The notes under the pieces are model-generated. The model had not been told where the DNA came from and did no database searches. It worked only from the letters and a program-made list of their open reading frames with translations. This document shows, piece after piece, positions 29,563 to 39,529 of a stretch of 64,000 nt of DNA. A program made the translations under genes and the position numbers. This DNA is from Thermodesulfobacteriota bacterium. Lineage in GTDB: Bacteria > Desulfobacterota_D > UBA1144 > Nemesobacterales > UBA2774. Positions within the stretch are counted from its first letter, which is position 1, and each line of letters begins with the position of its first letter. The DNA lies in contig OZ244197.1 in assembly GCA_965216785.1 (NCBI GenBank), forward strand, positions 2,112,001-2,176,000, given 5' to 3'.

Positions 29563-29730
29563 TATATCCCCCTTCAAAATTAACGATATCTTTAAACACT
29601 ATACAACAATCTTAAATGTTTAGTCAAGACGTTAGGCATCTTTTGACGCGCCGCTTTATACTGTGGGGATAATGTTAAAATTTGGATTCTGAATAGATCG
29701 TGGAGCGGACTACGGCACAAGGTTCTGCTA

Positions 29731-29848
29731 TGACATTTTATTTGCAGAGCTCTTTTGAGTAATCCTGATGCCTTCTTCCGGGTCGGCATTTGACCGTCTT
29801 GCCGGCGCTCGCTTCTGTCACGGACTTGTTGAAGGCTCCTGGATATAA
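29731..29848 (-). pseudogene. Internally deleted remnant of a paralogue of 30863-31315
   Basis: DNA matches two distant parts of that gene (30856-30935 and 31157-31195) joined directly. Confidence 0.75.
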
Positions 29849-30697
29849 TTAAGCTGTTACCTTTCTTCTTCGGATAGCCACTAGAGCTACTATTCCCAAT
29901 ACTACCGCCATAGCTATAAGACCCCATTCGGAAACCGTCGGAACATTTCTTGCCACAGGCTCAAGACAATTTATAGCGGCAACTTCCTGAGCCGAGAGCG
30001 CTATGTCGTAGACCTGTAAACAAGCGACCGATCCAGGTGAGTTTTCAGAATTATCTGTTACGTCATCGTCACGGAAAAAAATGAGAAAATCGTCATCGCT
30101 TATGACAGCAAAGTCCGAATCGTCTTGGAATGAAAACTGCTGTACACCATTTACATAGCCGACAACGGTTCCGCCAGCATCTCGAGTAAGAACGACCTGT
30201 ACATATACACCGTCGTTAAAAACAATGTCCGTACCAGATGCTTCATCATAAAATGTCAAAACGCCGTCAGTAATTGTAGTTTCTTCTTCGTCTTCTTCAG
30301 CATACAAACCCATGTCAATAACAAGGTTTTTAAAGTCTATAATCTTTTGAAAACTATCAAGAGATAAATCGCTGAACTCAAATAACGCAACTATTGTATA
30401 CACATTGTTAGATATGACTCCAGTGGTAGCCAATCTTAAACCTTCGCCGAAATTGAATCTGAAAACCTGCCGGTTTTCTCCGTTTACAGTGTCAAAAGCA
30501 AATTGACCGGCACCCAAGTCTACAAGGGGAGGGGCCGGGGGTGTAGAGCTTTGAAGTGTATTTTGAAATTGATAGTCACCCGTTAGCTCGGCATGGCTTG
30601 AAGATGTTAAGCCAACAAAAAATAATCCCATTGTAATTATAAATATGACTGACGTAGCTTTTGAAAGCTTCACAAAAAGCTTATTTAATCTAATCAT
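29849..30697 (-). CDS. IPTL-CTERM protein with LamG/concanavalin-like domain
   Basis: VVLTRD....GYVNG, QVYDIALSAQEV; VPTVSEWG tail. Confidence 0.82.
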   Translation of the reverse strand: MIRLNKLFVKLSKATSVIFIITMGLFFVGLTSSSHAELTGDYQFQNTLQSSTPPAPPLVDLGAGQFAFDTVNGENRQVFRFNFGEGLRLATTGVISNNVYTIVALFEFSDLSLDSFQKIIDFKNLVIDMGLYAEEDEEETTITDGVLTFYDEASGTDIVFNDGVYVQVVLTRDAGGTVVGYVNGVQQFSFQDDSDFAVISDDDFLIFFRDDDVTDNSENSPGSVACLQVYDIALSAQEVAAINCLEPVARNVPTVSEWGLIAMAVVLGIVALVAIRRRKVTA

Positions 30698-30862
30698 TTT
30701 TTCTCCTTAGAATGAAAGTATAACCATTCTTAAATAACAAGATTTTGAAGATTATTCTACTACAAGCTGAGAGAAATTAATAGATATTATCGTCAGGGCT
30801 GAGCGCGCGAAGAGTAATAGGAATTAAATAAAGAGATTCTTTACTTTGAAAAGAATGACAAT

Positions 30863-31315
30863 TTATTTGCAGGGTTTATTTGAGTAATCCTGATGTCCTC
30901 TTCCGGGCCAGCACTTGACCGTCTTTGCGGCGCTCTCGATGAGCCAAGCGCCTTGCTCTGCTCTTTTTAACTTAAGAAAAAATTTCTCACCCATTACCGA
31001 GTCGTCCAAAAGTCCCTCGTTTGTAATGGTAACTGCGGTCTTGTCAGGGGACTCAGCGCTGACATTTTTTCTCTCTATAGTTTGGGTAAGGCCCTCGAAG
31101 GGGCCTGTGAACCTGAGCGAGACAGCAACGGGGTCTGAAGTCCACTTCTCGGCGCCCGCTTCGGTCACGGACTTGTTGAAAGCGCCTGGGTCTAACGTAA
31201 TGTAGCTGGCTTGGGCGCTACCCGCTTTCCCGGTATCTTCGGCGAAGGCAATACTGTGGGAAATTAAAAGAATTAAGACCGCGGCTGCTACGCTCAAATA
31301 TCTGTTTGTCATCAC
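30863..31315 (-). CDS. Secreted hypothetical protein
   Basis: Signal peptide; GLLDDSV, CWPGRGHQDYS..PC. Confidence 0.8.
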   Translation of the reverse strand: MMTNRYLSVAAAVLILLISHSIAFAEDTGKAGSAQASYITLDPGAFNKSVTEAGAEKWTSDPVAVSLRFTGPFEGLTQTIERKNVSAESPDKTAVTITNEGLLDDSVMGEKFFLKLKRAEQGAWLIESAAKTVKCWPGRGHQDYSNKPCK

Positions 31316-31363
31316 AATATAATAGCACAGATACTATATATAACCGCGTTGTCCCGAAGCTTT

Positions 31364-32032
31364 CTACCTGAACACGTTGAATACGCTGCAGGATACCTTG
31401 CCGATAACCATGTTGGGATCAAAGTCCTTCCACATGACTCTGGAGGTCGGGTAGTTCTTGTTATAGGGAATGAGGCTGAGGCCCTGGGGCTCAGAGTAGC
31501 ACTCCCTTACTATGTTTCCCTCGTGAGGGATCTTCAGGGCGTAAAGGCTCCCGGAAACGATGTTCTTCACGCCCGTGTCAATGACGGCTTTAGAGCCGTT
31601 CATAAGGAGCTTCTCCATAGAATCGCCGTTTACCTGCACTACGAGCGAGCTTTCGGTGTAGAGCTCTCTGGGGATGACCGCCGTGTCTACGGGCTCTGTC
31701 TTGGAGAGTTCTTCCGCGGAAGCCCCGGCAGCCAGAGAGAATACGTTTACCTTGATGAAATTACCGTGATGAGAGTCGTCTTTTTTCCCCGAGGAGTCGG
31801 TAATCTTAAGGGTTTGAGAAGACTGAAAGGGGTCGCGCTTAAGTATGTCGAGCGATATATTGTCTCTTTCGCACAGCACGGTAACCTGATCAAAGAACGG
31901 GAAGGCGTTTCGCTGTTTCGCGTTTGAGAGCGCGCCTCTTCCTACACCCAGCGCGTCTGCTACCTGATAGTCCTTTGTAAAACCCTTAATGGCTTTTATT
32001 GTTTCTATTATCTCTTCGACTGTCTTTCTCAT
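31364..32032 (-). CDS. Phage CI/LexA-like repressor (HTH + S24)
   Basis: VADALGV..GALSN HTH; AG site; V.GDSM; the expected catalytic VK appears as VR. Confidence 0.85.
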   Translation of the reverse strand: MRKTVEEIIETIKAIKGFTKDYQVADALGVGRGALSNAKQRNAFPFFDQVTVLCERDNISLDILKRDPFQSSQTLKITDSSGKKDDSHHGNFIKVNVFSLAAGASAEELSKTEPVDTAVIPRELYTESSLVVQVNGDSMEKLLMNGSKAVIDTGVKNIVSGSLYALKIPHEGNIVRECYSEPQGLSLIPYNKNYPTSRVMWKDFDPNMVIGKVSCSVFNVFR

Positions 32033-32088
32033 TTATTTTCCTCCCTTGCCGTTGCGGCGGAAATCGACAGAGTTGTTTTTACTAAAAA

Positions 32089-32210
32089 GCATACTTGCCA
32101 TAATGCACATGTTGTGCTTTAATATAATTACTAACTCCACAATATGTGTATATATCTTCATGGTGCACATTATAATGCACGTATGATGTGATTGCAAGTG
32201 GAATATGTGA
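32089..32210. promoter_or_regulatory. Divergent promoter/operator region with CACA-N3-TGTG boxes
   Basis: GCACATGTTGTGC lies in the spacer of TTGCCA-N17-TTTAAT; second box CACAATATGTG. Confidence 0.55.
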
Positions 32211-32239
32211 AAAATTAAAATTAGGGTCGGAGGTACATT

Positions 32240-32473
32240 ATGAGTGAAGGAAGATTTAGAGTGTCGGGGGAGCTTTTCAAGGGGATACTTACACAAATGG
32301 ATACACTATCAAGAAAACAGCTTATGCAGCTTCAAGAGGAGGGGAAGGGGGTCGTGCCCGAGCTCTGTTCACCCGCTTTCTATCACGTCGTGCTGGTACT
32401 GGAAGACCTGGCAAAAGTAGAGCTTGTGAACCGAGACCTGATGGATGATCAAAGCCCGGACAGCCGCCAGTAG
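32240..32473 (+). CDS. Small hypothetical protein divergent from the repressor
   Basis: GGAGGT RBS; cro-like position. Confidence 0.65.
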   Translation: MSEGRFRVSGELFKGILTQMDTLSRKQLMQLQEEGKGVVPELCSPAFYHVVLVLEDLAKVELVNRDLMDDQSPDSRQ

Positions 32474-32526
32474 CAGCTTTAGCGGCGGGGCCTCTTTTCG
32501 GTTACAGGTGTAGTTGCGTGCTAAAG

Positions 32527-33336
32527 CTATGAATTTGCTATTAGGGCTACCGGTCTTACAGGAGATCCTGTACCGCCTTTTATTTTCAGCGGCGAAGCAA
32601 AGAAAATGAACTCTTTATGTCCCGAGCTCACAAGCGGCTCGAGGTTGAGATTCTCGAAAATGTATATGCCTGCCCGGACTATAAGCAGAACATGACCGGG
32701 GCCATTGCAATCAAGCTCGCGGTCGTATTCCGTAGGCTCGTCCCATCCGAAGTTGTCGGCCCCAACCGCCAGCACTTTTTTCCCCGCGATCACGCGGGAG
32801 GCAGAGGCTCCGACGCCGGGACAATCTAGGAAGCGCTCGCGGTCGTGCCAGAAACGGTAGCTCCCGAGGTTTACCAGCACGACGCTGCCGGGATGTATGG
32901 TAAGCCCGTCTTTTCTGCAGCACTGCTCAATATCCTCCGGAGTAACCCTGTATTTGGGCTCGAGTGACTCCACACCCTTAAGAGCCGCTATGTCGAGAAG
33001 AATGCCCGGGGCTAGTACTATGGGAAGGTGCTCAGCTCCGTTTACAGTGAAGCCGCCCTTGGTCTCGGTCTCTTCAGTCACCGCCGCGCCGCCGTACATT
33101 ACTCCTTTCTCTGCCTGATGGCTGAGTGCGTCCATGTGAGTGCCCGAGTGCTCGTTCCCGCTATAATTGCCCCAGGCGCTCGTGCGCGTACCCTGTTTTC
33201 GAGCGTCGGTATCTTCGTGCCTGTGGGCAATCTCATAGCCGTATACAGGTTTGTGCCCGGCCATTTCAGGCATTCCTACCACTCGGGTGTGCTCGAGGTC
33301 AAGAATCTTAAATTGCGTTAAGTCGGGCAGCGCCAT
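32527..33336 (-). CDS. Cyclase family protein (kynurenine formamidase-like)
   Basis: HSGTHMDALSH, ENL.L, GGTGSPVRP. Confidence 0.92.
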   Translation of the reverse strand: MALPDLTQFKILDLEHTRVVGMPEMAGHKPVYGYEIAHRHEDTDARKQGTRTSAWGNYSGNEHSGTHMDALSHQAEKGVMYGGAAVTEETETKGGFTVNGAEHLPIVLAPGILLDIAALKGVESLEPKYRVTPEDIEQCCRKDGLTIHPGSVVLVNLGSYRFWHDRERFLDCPGVGASASRVIAGKKVLAVGADNFGWDEPTEYDRELDCNGPGHVLLIVRAGIYIFENLNLEPLVSSGHKEFIFFASPLKIKGGTGSPVRPVALIANS

Positions 33337-33494
33337 TGTTGTCCTCCGAAGGGTCTTATTTATACTATAATATATAGAACTTTACGGGATATATATCAAC
33401 CAAGGCTCATATGGAGATAGCAAAATAGCTATTCACCGTCTATAATATCAAAGCCGGAATTGAAGAGGACATTCTTAAGCTAAGAGGGAACTGA

Positions 33495-33956
33495 ATGAAT
33501 AAAAATTTTACATACGCGGCGCTTTTGATTGTGGCAATCGGGTTGATCGGGATATATGTGCTAGACATCAGGAAGTCTGAAGATGCGGACACCCAGGTTA
33601 ATGTCAGTTCCGATAACCTTCAGAATGAGCAGGCAAGTACAGAGGGAGATGTGATAAACGTAGACGAAGAGATTGAGCGGACGAAACACCTTCAGGCGGG
33701 AAGGAAGGAGATAATGGACGGGATGCTGGAGGGCGGGCTTGCCTCAAGAATCGAGAACCCCTCGGGCTCTCCCTTTATATATGTGATGGAACCCTTTTAT
33801 CTGTTGTCTACAGACGAGCAGGTCTCTCTTTTGAACGTCATTTTATACTACTATATGACAGAGGACAGAGACTCTGACGTGCTCACAATATTCAGCGACG
33901 AGACCGGGCAGGAGATCGGCACTTACACCCCCTCGGGGCTCCTGATGGGAGAGTAG
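33495..33956 (+). CDS. Membrane-anchored hypothetical protein
   Basis: N-terminal TM, RBS. Confidence 0.7.
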   Translation: MNKNFTYAALLIVAIGLIGIYVLDIRKSEDADTQVNVSSDNLQNEQASTEGDVINVDEEIERTKHLQAGRKEIMDGMLEGGLASRIENPSGSPFIYVMEPFYLLSTDEQVSLLNVILYYYMTEDRDSDVLTIFSDETGQEIGTYTPSGLLMGE

Positions 33957-34067
33957 GGGATTTTGTACAGTTAGACTTACGTAAGCCCGCGGCGCGCACT
34001 TTCAAGGAACGGTTTGTAAATTCATAATATATTGATATTGCCCTCGTAAATAGTATATAATCAGCAT

Positions 34068-34820
34068 ATGGATACCTTCTGCAGCTTTGATAATACGGAA
34101 CTTGCGTATGTGGATTCGGGCGGAGAAGGGGAGGCCATGATACTGCTGCACGGCTTTACTGCAAGCTCTAAGCTGAACTGGGTCGATACGGGTGTCTACA
34201 AAGCTCTCAAACAGAGCGGAAGAAGAGTCATTATGCTCGACGCCAGAGGGCACGGAGACTCTGAAAAACCTCACAACTCATACTCTTACTGGAACCGCGC
34301 GATGGCAAAGGACGTAAATTCTCTCGGGGAGCACCTGAGTTTGTATGAGTACGATCTGATGGGATATTCCATGGGCGCTAAGACCGCTATTGAGGCCGAG
34401 CTCATGTATTCGGGCATAAGGAGCCTGATATTGGTTGGGCTCTCGATTTATGAAGACGGATGGACGCTCGGGAGTGATGAGCGTGAGGCGAGAGTGCGCA
34501 ACATGCTCGAAGAATATCCTGAGGAGCCGGATGCTTACAGGATTAGCGCGGATGAAACAGGTGGGGATAGAGAGGCATTCGCCGCAAGACTCGAGGGCGC
34601 CATTTTCCCGGAGTTCATCCAGGACGATCTGAAGAAGATACACCTGCCGATACTGATCATAAACGGCGAGAACGACTACAGCGCGGTGGAAGCCGCTTCA
34701 TATTTCCCCAGTGCCAGGGGCGTTACTATAGAGGGTGACCACCTGAGCGTGCTGACAAACGAGCGTTTGAGCCGCGAGGCGCTGACGTTTCTGGATTTGT
34801 TTGAGGGTGAGGTGTCGTGA
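34068..34820 (+). CDS. Alpha/beta hydrolase
   Basis: LLHGF, DARGHGDS, GYSMG. Confidence 0.92.
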   Translation: MDTFCSFDNTELAYVDSGGEGEAMILLHGFTASSKLNWVDTGVYKALKQSGRRVIMLDARGHGDSEKPHNSYSYWNRAMAKDVNSLGEHLSLYEYDLMGYSMGAKTAIEAELMYSGIRSLILVGLSIYEDGWTLGSDEREARVRNMLEEYPEEPDAYRISADETGGDREAFAARLEGAIFPEFIQDDLKKIHLPILIINGENDYSAVEAASYFPSARGVTIEGDHLSVLTNERLSREALTFLDLFEGEVS

Positions 34821-34912
34821 CACCTCTCTGATATATCCCACAGAAAAAAGAACTCTTTTATGGCTTCACCCCTCGACAGACGGCTCCATCGGAGCCTCGG
34901 GGCGGCTTAGAA

Positions 34913-35572
34913 TTAATTCGCCTCGGCTTTTTCTTCCTCACCTTTTTCTTCTTGTGTACTTTCTTCCGCTGGCTCGTCGGGGATGCTCTTTAAGAAAGTT
35001 ATGGTCAGGTAGCAGTTCTCACCGTCGCCTCTGAACACGAGCTGAATGTCTGAGCCCGGGTAGTTCCACTGGGACCCGTAAATAAGGCTGCCGTCACATA
35101 CCGCCTGACCTTTGTTCTCGGGGTCGATTTGCGCGGAAGGGTTCATCTCTACAATCTTGTCAATTGCGGGAGGGCCCTTAGCTTCTACCATTCTTTCTTT
35201 TAGCTGCTCGTACGCTTGTATATACTCGTTCTTATCCTCATATTCTTTAAGGAAGTAATAACCTCCGCGGATCAGCTTGTCGTTCTGGAATTTGTAATTA
35301 GCCTGTGCCTGCAGCTCGCCAATAAACGTACGGTATTCGATCGAATTCTCATTGTCGAAAATAAGCTTGCTGCGCTCGCTTGCCATTACCTCTTCTTTTG
35401 ACATTCCCCAGCGGGCTTTTCTGAAATCAAACTCGGGTCTTTTCGTATGATCGACTCCTTCTTGAGCGCCGTCATTCTGAGCATTTTCCTCTGCCCCCTG
35501 CTCGCCGCCCGAGCACGCGAATATGAAAATCGAAAGCGCGATAACTGATAAAAATCTTATGTAAGTTTTCAA
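34913..35572 (-). CDS. Lipoprotein (paralogue of 38163)
   Basis: Lipobox IFAC; DFR...WGMSK..V motif. Confidence 0.8.
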   Translation of the reverse strand: MKTYIRFLSVIALSIFIFACSGGEQGAEENAQNDGAQEGVDHTKRPEFDFRKARWGMSKEEVMASERSKLIFDNENSIEYRTFIGELQAQANYKFQNDKLIRGGYYFLKEYEDKNEYIQAYEQLKERMVEAKGPPAIDKIVEMNPSAQIDPENKGQAVCDGSLIYGSQWNYPGSDIQLVFRGDGENCYLTITFLKSIPDEPAEESTQEEKGEEEKAEAN

Positions 35573-35944
35573 ATTTTTCTCCTCCCGGATTTGTAAGGCT
35601 CAATTTAATAGGTGCTATATTTTACCTAACTTTTTCCGAAATCAACCGCTGAATTTAACGTCGCGAATAAAAATGTAGCTGTGGAACACATAACTTAGCC
35701 TCACAGCTCCTTGGATTTAAAGCAGTAAGCTGAGGATTTAAGCTAAGAGTCAAAAAAACTATATTATAAAAAGTTATTAAACCTAACCGTAAATTTTGCT
35801 GTGACTGTTAGTAATGAAAAATATGATGCTCGGAGCAAAGTCCTAACCCTTTGCAATATAACAATGTTTGGAAGTAAGAATTTTAATTTTCAGCACTTGT
35901 GTGATTAATGATTGATAATTATGATGAATTGTGATAACATAATA

Positions 35945-36143
35945 GCAGATGATGGTAGGCGGAGGGAAAGGGCTCCAGGTAGTTATGCATTTTACCTGAC
36001 CCTTTGCTTCCTTGTCAGCAGCCGGTTCTTCATTATTTTGTGAAGCACGAAAGTGAAGAGCTTAAGCTTATTAATAAGAAAAAAATATTATCCCCTTCTC
36101 AAGCCTTCCTTTCTCCGTTAAATCGGAGGGGAGGGCTTTTTTT
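35945..36143 (+). ncRNA. Candidate sRNA 1
   Basis: TTGATA-N17-TAACAT upstream, two long hairpins, shared 3' module and terminator. Confidence 0.5.
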
Positions 36144-36216
36144 ATATCGAAAAGATATCATTGTAAAGCTCAAAATAAATAATGACAAATAAATAGAATT
36201 TATGCTATAATGACAA

Positions 36217-36486
36217 TATCTGACGGCTACGTGAGAAGCAGCCCAAAGGCGATTAAAGAACATAAATTTATTTGTTGCTAAATCTCATCTGTGAGGGGAT
36301 AGTAGGGTTTGGTTAGGGGAGTAGTCTCTTTTTTTTAAAGAAGTCTCCTTTAATCTTTAATTATAAGCAGAGAAGCAACTTACTTAGATCGGCGGTTTTA
36401 GAGAGTGGAATAGAAAGGACCAACGTTTTATATCCCCTTCTCAAGCCTTCCTCTCTTCGTTAACCCGGAGGGGGGAGGGTTTTTTT
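36217..36486 (+). ncRNA. Candidate sRNA 2
   Basis: Extended -10 TGCTATAAT at 36203-36211; shared 3' module and terminator; no credible ORF. Confidence 0.5.
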
Positions 36487-36519
36487 ATTTGTGAGCGCTC
36501 AATATATATGATCTCTGTA

Positions 36520-36632
36520 TTTTGATTAATTCCCCCGGATCGTGCTTCGCACTCCCGTCCGTCCCCACTGCCTCTGTCTCCTGATTTTATACCTGCCCCG
36601 GCATCGCTGTGAAGCGCTCGCCTCTGTCCCCA
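36520..36632 (-). repeat. GGGGAC..GA/GAT hairpin repeat units downstream of the 36633 gene
   Basis: Reverse complement matches the arrays at 49444 and 52797. Confidence 0.85.
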
Positions 36633-36941
36633 TTAAGGCTCGTCGCGGAACATGTAGGGGGTTTTGCCGGTGGTGCATTCCTCAAAGAATTTAATAATGT
36701 TCTTTTCATACAGGTGCAGAAACCTCGTCAGTATCTCGAAGCGTCTCGCGGTAAGCTTGGTTTTGCAGAGCACTTCGAGCTCGCCCCCGTTCTTGACCTC
36801 TCCGTAAAGCTCGGCCAAAGCCTCGCCGGGCTCCATCCTGTGGCTCACATGGAACCAGCAGTTGATGTCGCCGTTTATTATGACATTTATATCGTCTATG
36901 ACGAGTATAATCTCACCAAGCGTAATTGAGTTGTTTTCCAT
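36633..36941 (-). CDS. Hypothetical protein
   Basis: ORF from MENNS; protein-like composition. Confidence 0.6.
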   Translation of the reverse strand: MENNSITLGEIILVIDDINVIINGDINCWFHVSHRMEPGEALAELYGEVKNGGELEVLCKTKLTARRFEILTRFLHLYEKNIIKFFEECTTGKTPYMFRDEP

Positions 36942-37114
36942 CCCTTCATTGACCCTGATTAAAAGTTGCTGCACTCAGCCCTGTACGACCAACATAAATA
37001 TATATCAGCCATATGGGAATATCTACGCTTGGGGGTTATAAGCTGCGGGGCAAACGGGCGCCTATGGTGTCGGAGCTTTCGGAGACCTCCGGGGTGTGGT
37101 GAAAAAATATCTTC

Positions 37115-37297
37115 TTATTCGTTTCCGGGCTCATTTAGCTCGGGGTTTGCCTGCTCGACCAGCTCGGTGTCGGCTGAGTCCTGAAGCGCCAGAAAGTAGA
37201 CGCACATGACTACAACTCCAAGAATAATAAGAAGGATAAACGCTTTTTTTCTTCCTCTTCCAGTATGAGTGGTTCTGTGTTTCTTGCTGTGCTTCAT
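37115..37297 (-). CDS. Small single-TM protein
   Basis: Basic N-terminus, TM, acidic tail. Confidence 0.55.
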   Translation of the reverse strand: MKHSKKHRTTHTGRGRKKAFILLIILGVVVMCVYFLALQDSADTELVEQANPELNEPGNE

Positions 37298-37412
37298 CTA
37301 CATCCTTCCTGTGCTGTAAATAGATTTAGTGCGATTACTATATCTAAAAATATGGGAAATCCATATTCTTCTTTTATACGATTCCGGCTGTCCGAACAGT
37401 AGCCGGCAACTG

Positions 37413-38066
37413 CTATTGAGGCGGGTCGGGCGGCGCTTCGTTTTCGCTCTTTAACCTTACGAGATTAATGTCCTTAACGCAGTCAGACACGGCTGGGTAG
37501 GTGTTGTTATGCTTGTCCTTACAGTAATTCTTAATGCACCATTCGTTTCCCTCGCACTGTGTTATGACAAGTTTCGCGAGGTTTGTGTAGATTGTTTCCG
37601 AGCAGTAGGAAGTCCACTCCGGATCGGGAGCGCCCTGGTAGCCTGATGAGCACTTTTCATGTACGCAGACCATGTCCTCGCCGCATAGGGCTGAAATGTC
37701 GTTAATGCGCCTCTGCTTTATCTGAAACTCCTCTATATCTTCCTGCCTCTTCTGCTCAAGCTCAGCCTGCTGCTCCTCGATGGCGCTGTCACGTTTGTTC
37801 TTTGCTAATGCAGTTGCTCCGGGCCTGTCGGTAAGAAGCTCTTCCCAGAAATACACCGTGACCGGGTTGCCCTCGGGCCCGTTTTCCGAATGCGCGCTCT
37901 TTACCCATACGCGTCCCGAGCGTGCGTCAATTTTGTGAACCGTAGATCCGTCCGATGAGACGTTTAGAGAGTAGCGGTTGCCCAGGGGGCCTGAGGCGAA
38001 TATTATGTAGCCGATTACTATGCCCACGATAATACCGATTAAGTAGGGTATGAAGTTTTTATGCAT
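37413..38066 (-). CDS. Membrane-anchored protein with Cys-rich C-terminal repeats
   Basis: N-terminal TM; two C....C...C...C modules. Confidence 0.7.
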   Translation of the reverse strand: MHKNFIPYLIGIIVGIVIGYIIFASGPLGNRYSLNVSSDGSTVHKIDARSGRVWVKSAHSENGPEGNPVTVYFWEELLTDRPGATALAKNKRDSAIEEQQAELEQKRQEDIEEFQIKQRRINDISALCGEDMVCVHEKCSSGYQGAPDPEWTSYCSETIYTNLAKLVITQCEGNEWCIKNYCKDKHNNTYPAVSDCVKDINLVRLKSENEAPPDPPQ

Positions 38067-38162
38067 ATCCCGGTCCTGGAGTTGTATTGCTCTTCTTCCT
38101 TATTAACTTACAACACTTTACCTGATTTATGGAAAAAAATGCAGGAGCCGTAATCGGGTTCT

Positions 38163-38861
38163 TTACAGCACTTCGTGCAGCTGGTCGCGGAGTACGGGGT
38201 CGATCTCTACGTCCGTACTCTCGTAGAAAATAGAAAGGTTGCAGTCAAGCTCGGAGCTGAATTTCTTTTTGTCGAGCTCAAGCGATACGTTCGTCTTCTT
38301 TCCGTCGGTAGGCCAAATGTGCTTGAGTACGTATTCCCCTCCGCATATATCCTTAGGGGTCTCATAGGGGTTGGGTCTGGGCGTTTCTCCGGTGGGGTAT
38401 TCGGCCACTCCCCGGGCGGGCACGCCGATGGTCTCAGACACTTTCCTGGACTTGTCTTTAAAGAGCTCGATATAATCCTCGGGCTCGGGCAGGCTCTCGC
38501 GAAGGTGTATGACGGCCATCCCGAGTTTGCCTTTGCCGAATACGTAAAGGAGATCGTATTCGTAATGAATCGGAGTCACAACAGGATCACCGTTCTCTAG
38601 AACCTTCTCCTCCGCGTCCTCCGCCGGGACCTCGGGGCCGGCTATCTGAGTGCGTCCGCTCAGGTCGAGCATATCGCCCGTGATCCTGTATGTAAGAACG
38701 TTGTCTCCTTCCTTCACAAGCTCCGCGGTCTCTTTTTGCTTAACGTCTCTTTTGGACATGCCCCACTTTACTTCCCTGAAATCCGGTTTGTCCCAGAGCC
38801 CGCAGCCGCTTAGCGAGGAGAGGGTGAATATTAGCAATGTGAGCGCTGTAAGTTTTTTCAT
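38163..38861 (-). CDS. Lipoprotein (paralogue of 34913)
   Basis: Lipobox LSGC; DFREVKWGMSK. Confidence 0.8.
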   Translation of the reverse strand: MKKLTALTLLIFTLSSLSGCGLWDKPDFREVKWGMSKRDVKQKETAELVKEGDNVLTYRITGDMLDLSGRTQIAGPEVPAEDAEEKVLENGDPVVTPIHYEYDLLYVFGKGKLGMAVIHLRESLPEPEDYIELFKDKSRKVSETIGVPARGVAEYPTGETPRPNPYETPKDICGGEYVLKHIWPTDGKKTNVSLELDKKKFSSELDCNLSIFYESTDVEIDPVLRDQLHEVL

Positions 38862-39127
38862 AACTCATCCCAGGCCGGGTATAAAACAACAAATATTTTA
38901 TGGAAGATTCGGGGATGATGCAAGAAGCTGAATCAAGATTCACAATGGATATGTCAAATAGCCTATAATAATAGGGTGTTACCACAGATATATAATGTAA
39001 AATAAGAGGTTCCGGCTTCAAGGTAATCGAACAACAAAAGGGTTGTTAAATGCGGATACGTAAGAGTATAATAGGGAATAGTTAAATGGCGGATGATGTA
39101 TTAAAACACCTAAAAAGAGGGATCGAT

Positions 39128-39379
39128 ATGCTGTTTCATATTACGCAGACTCATACTCCGGACGACTGTCCGGTAGGCTCGGGGGGCTCGAGCACGCTGT
39201 ATAACCCAGAGGCCGAGGGCGCGGTGCTAAAGGCTATGTACGGGGCGTTTAGCGAGCACGTTATTTTTTACATTGTAGAGGCCGACAGCTTTAAAGCCGT
39301 AAACCAGTTTCTGCTGCCGGGGTTTAAGCACTGCACGTGCACAGTGACGCCTGTGGCCGAAGAGGCTCTGGCAAAATAG
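39128..39379 (+). CDS. Small ferredoxin-like-fold hypothetical protein
   Basis: HTPDDCP, H..FYIVEAD...V..F pattern. Confidence 0.65.
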   Translation: MLFHITQTHTPDDCPVGSGGSSTLYNPEAEGAVLKAMYGAFSEHVIFYIVEADSFKAVNQFLLPGFKHCTCTVTPVAEEALAK

Positions 39380-39529
39380 CTGTAATAGTTGAAGGGGTAA
39401 TTTATAGCGTTAAGAAAACCCCCGTTCATACTTAGACTTGCTCAGCATGAACGGGGTTATAGTTTTAGTTGATAACTGCAAGAGATTGCTTCGGTCACGG
39501 TGTTCCCCCGCAATGACGATATATGTTGA

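Noticed and set aside
29592-29927. 111-aa minus-strand ORF
   Set aside because: Out-of-frame read over the IPTL tail and the pseudogene remnant
31349-31927. 192-aa plus-strand ORF
   Set aside because: Antisense shadow of the CI-like repressor
36004-36192. 62-aa ORF
   Set aside because: TTG start without RBS; runs through a terminator
36310-36350. yybP-ykoY riboswitch (GGGGAGTAG)
   Set aside because: Remaining consensus absent and no downstream same-strand gene
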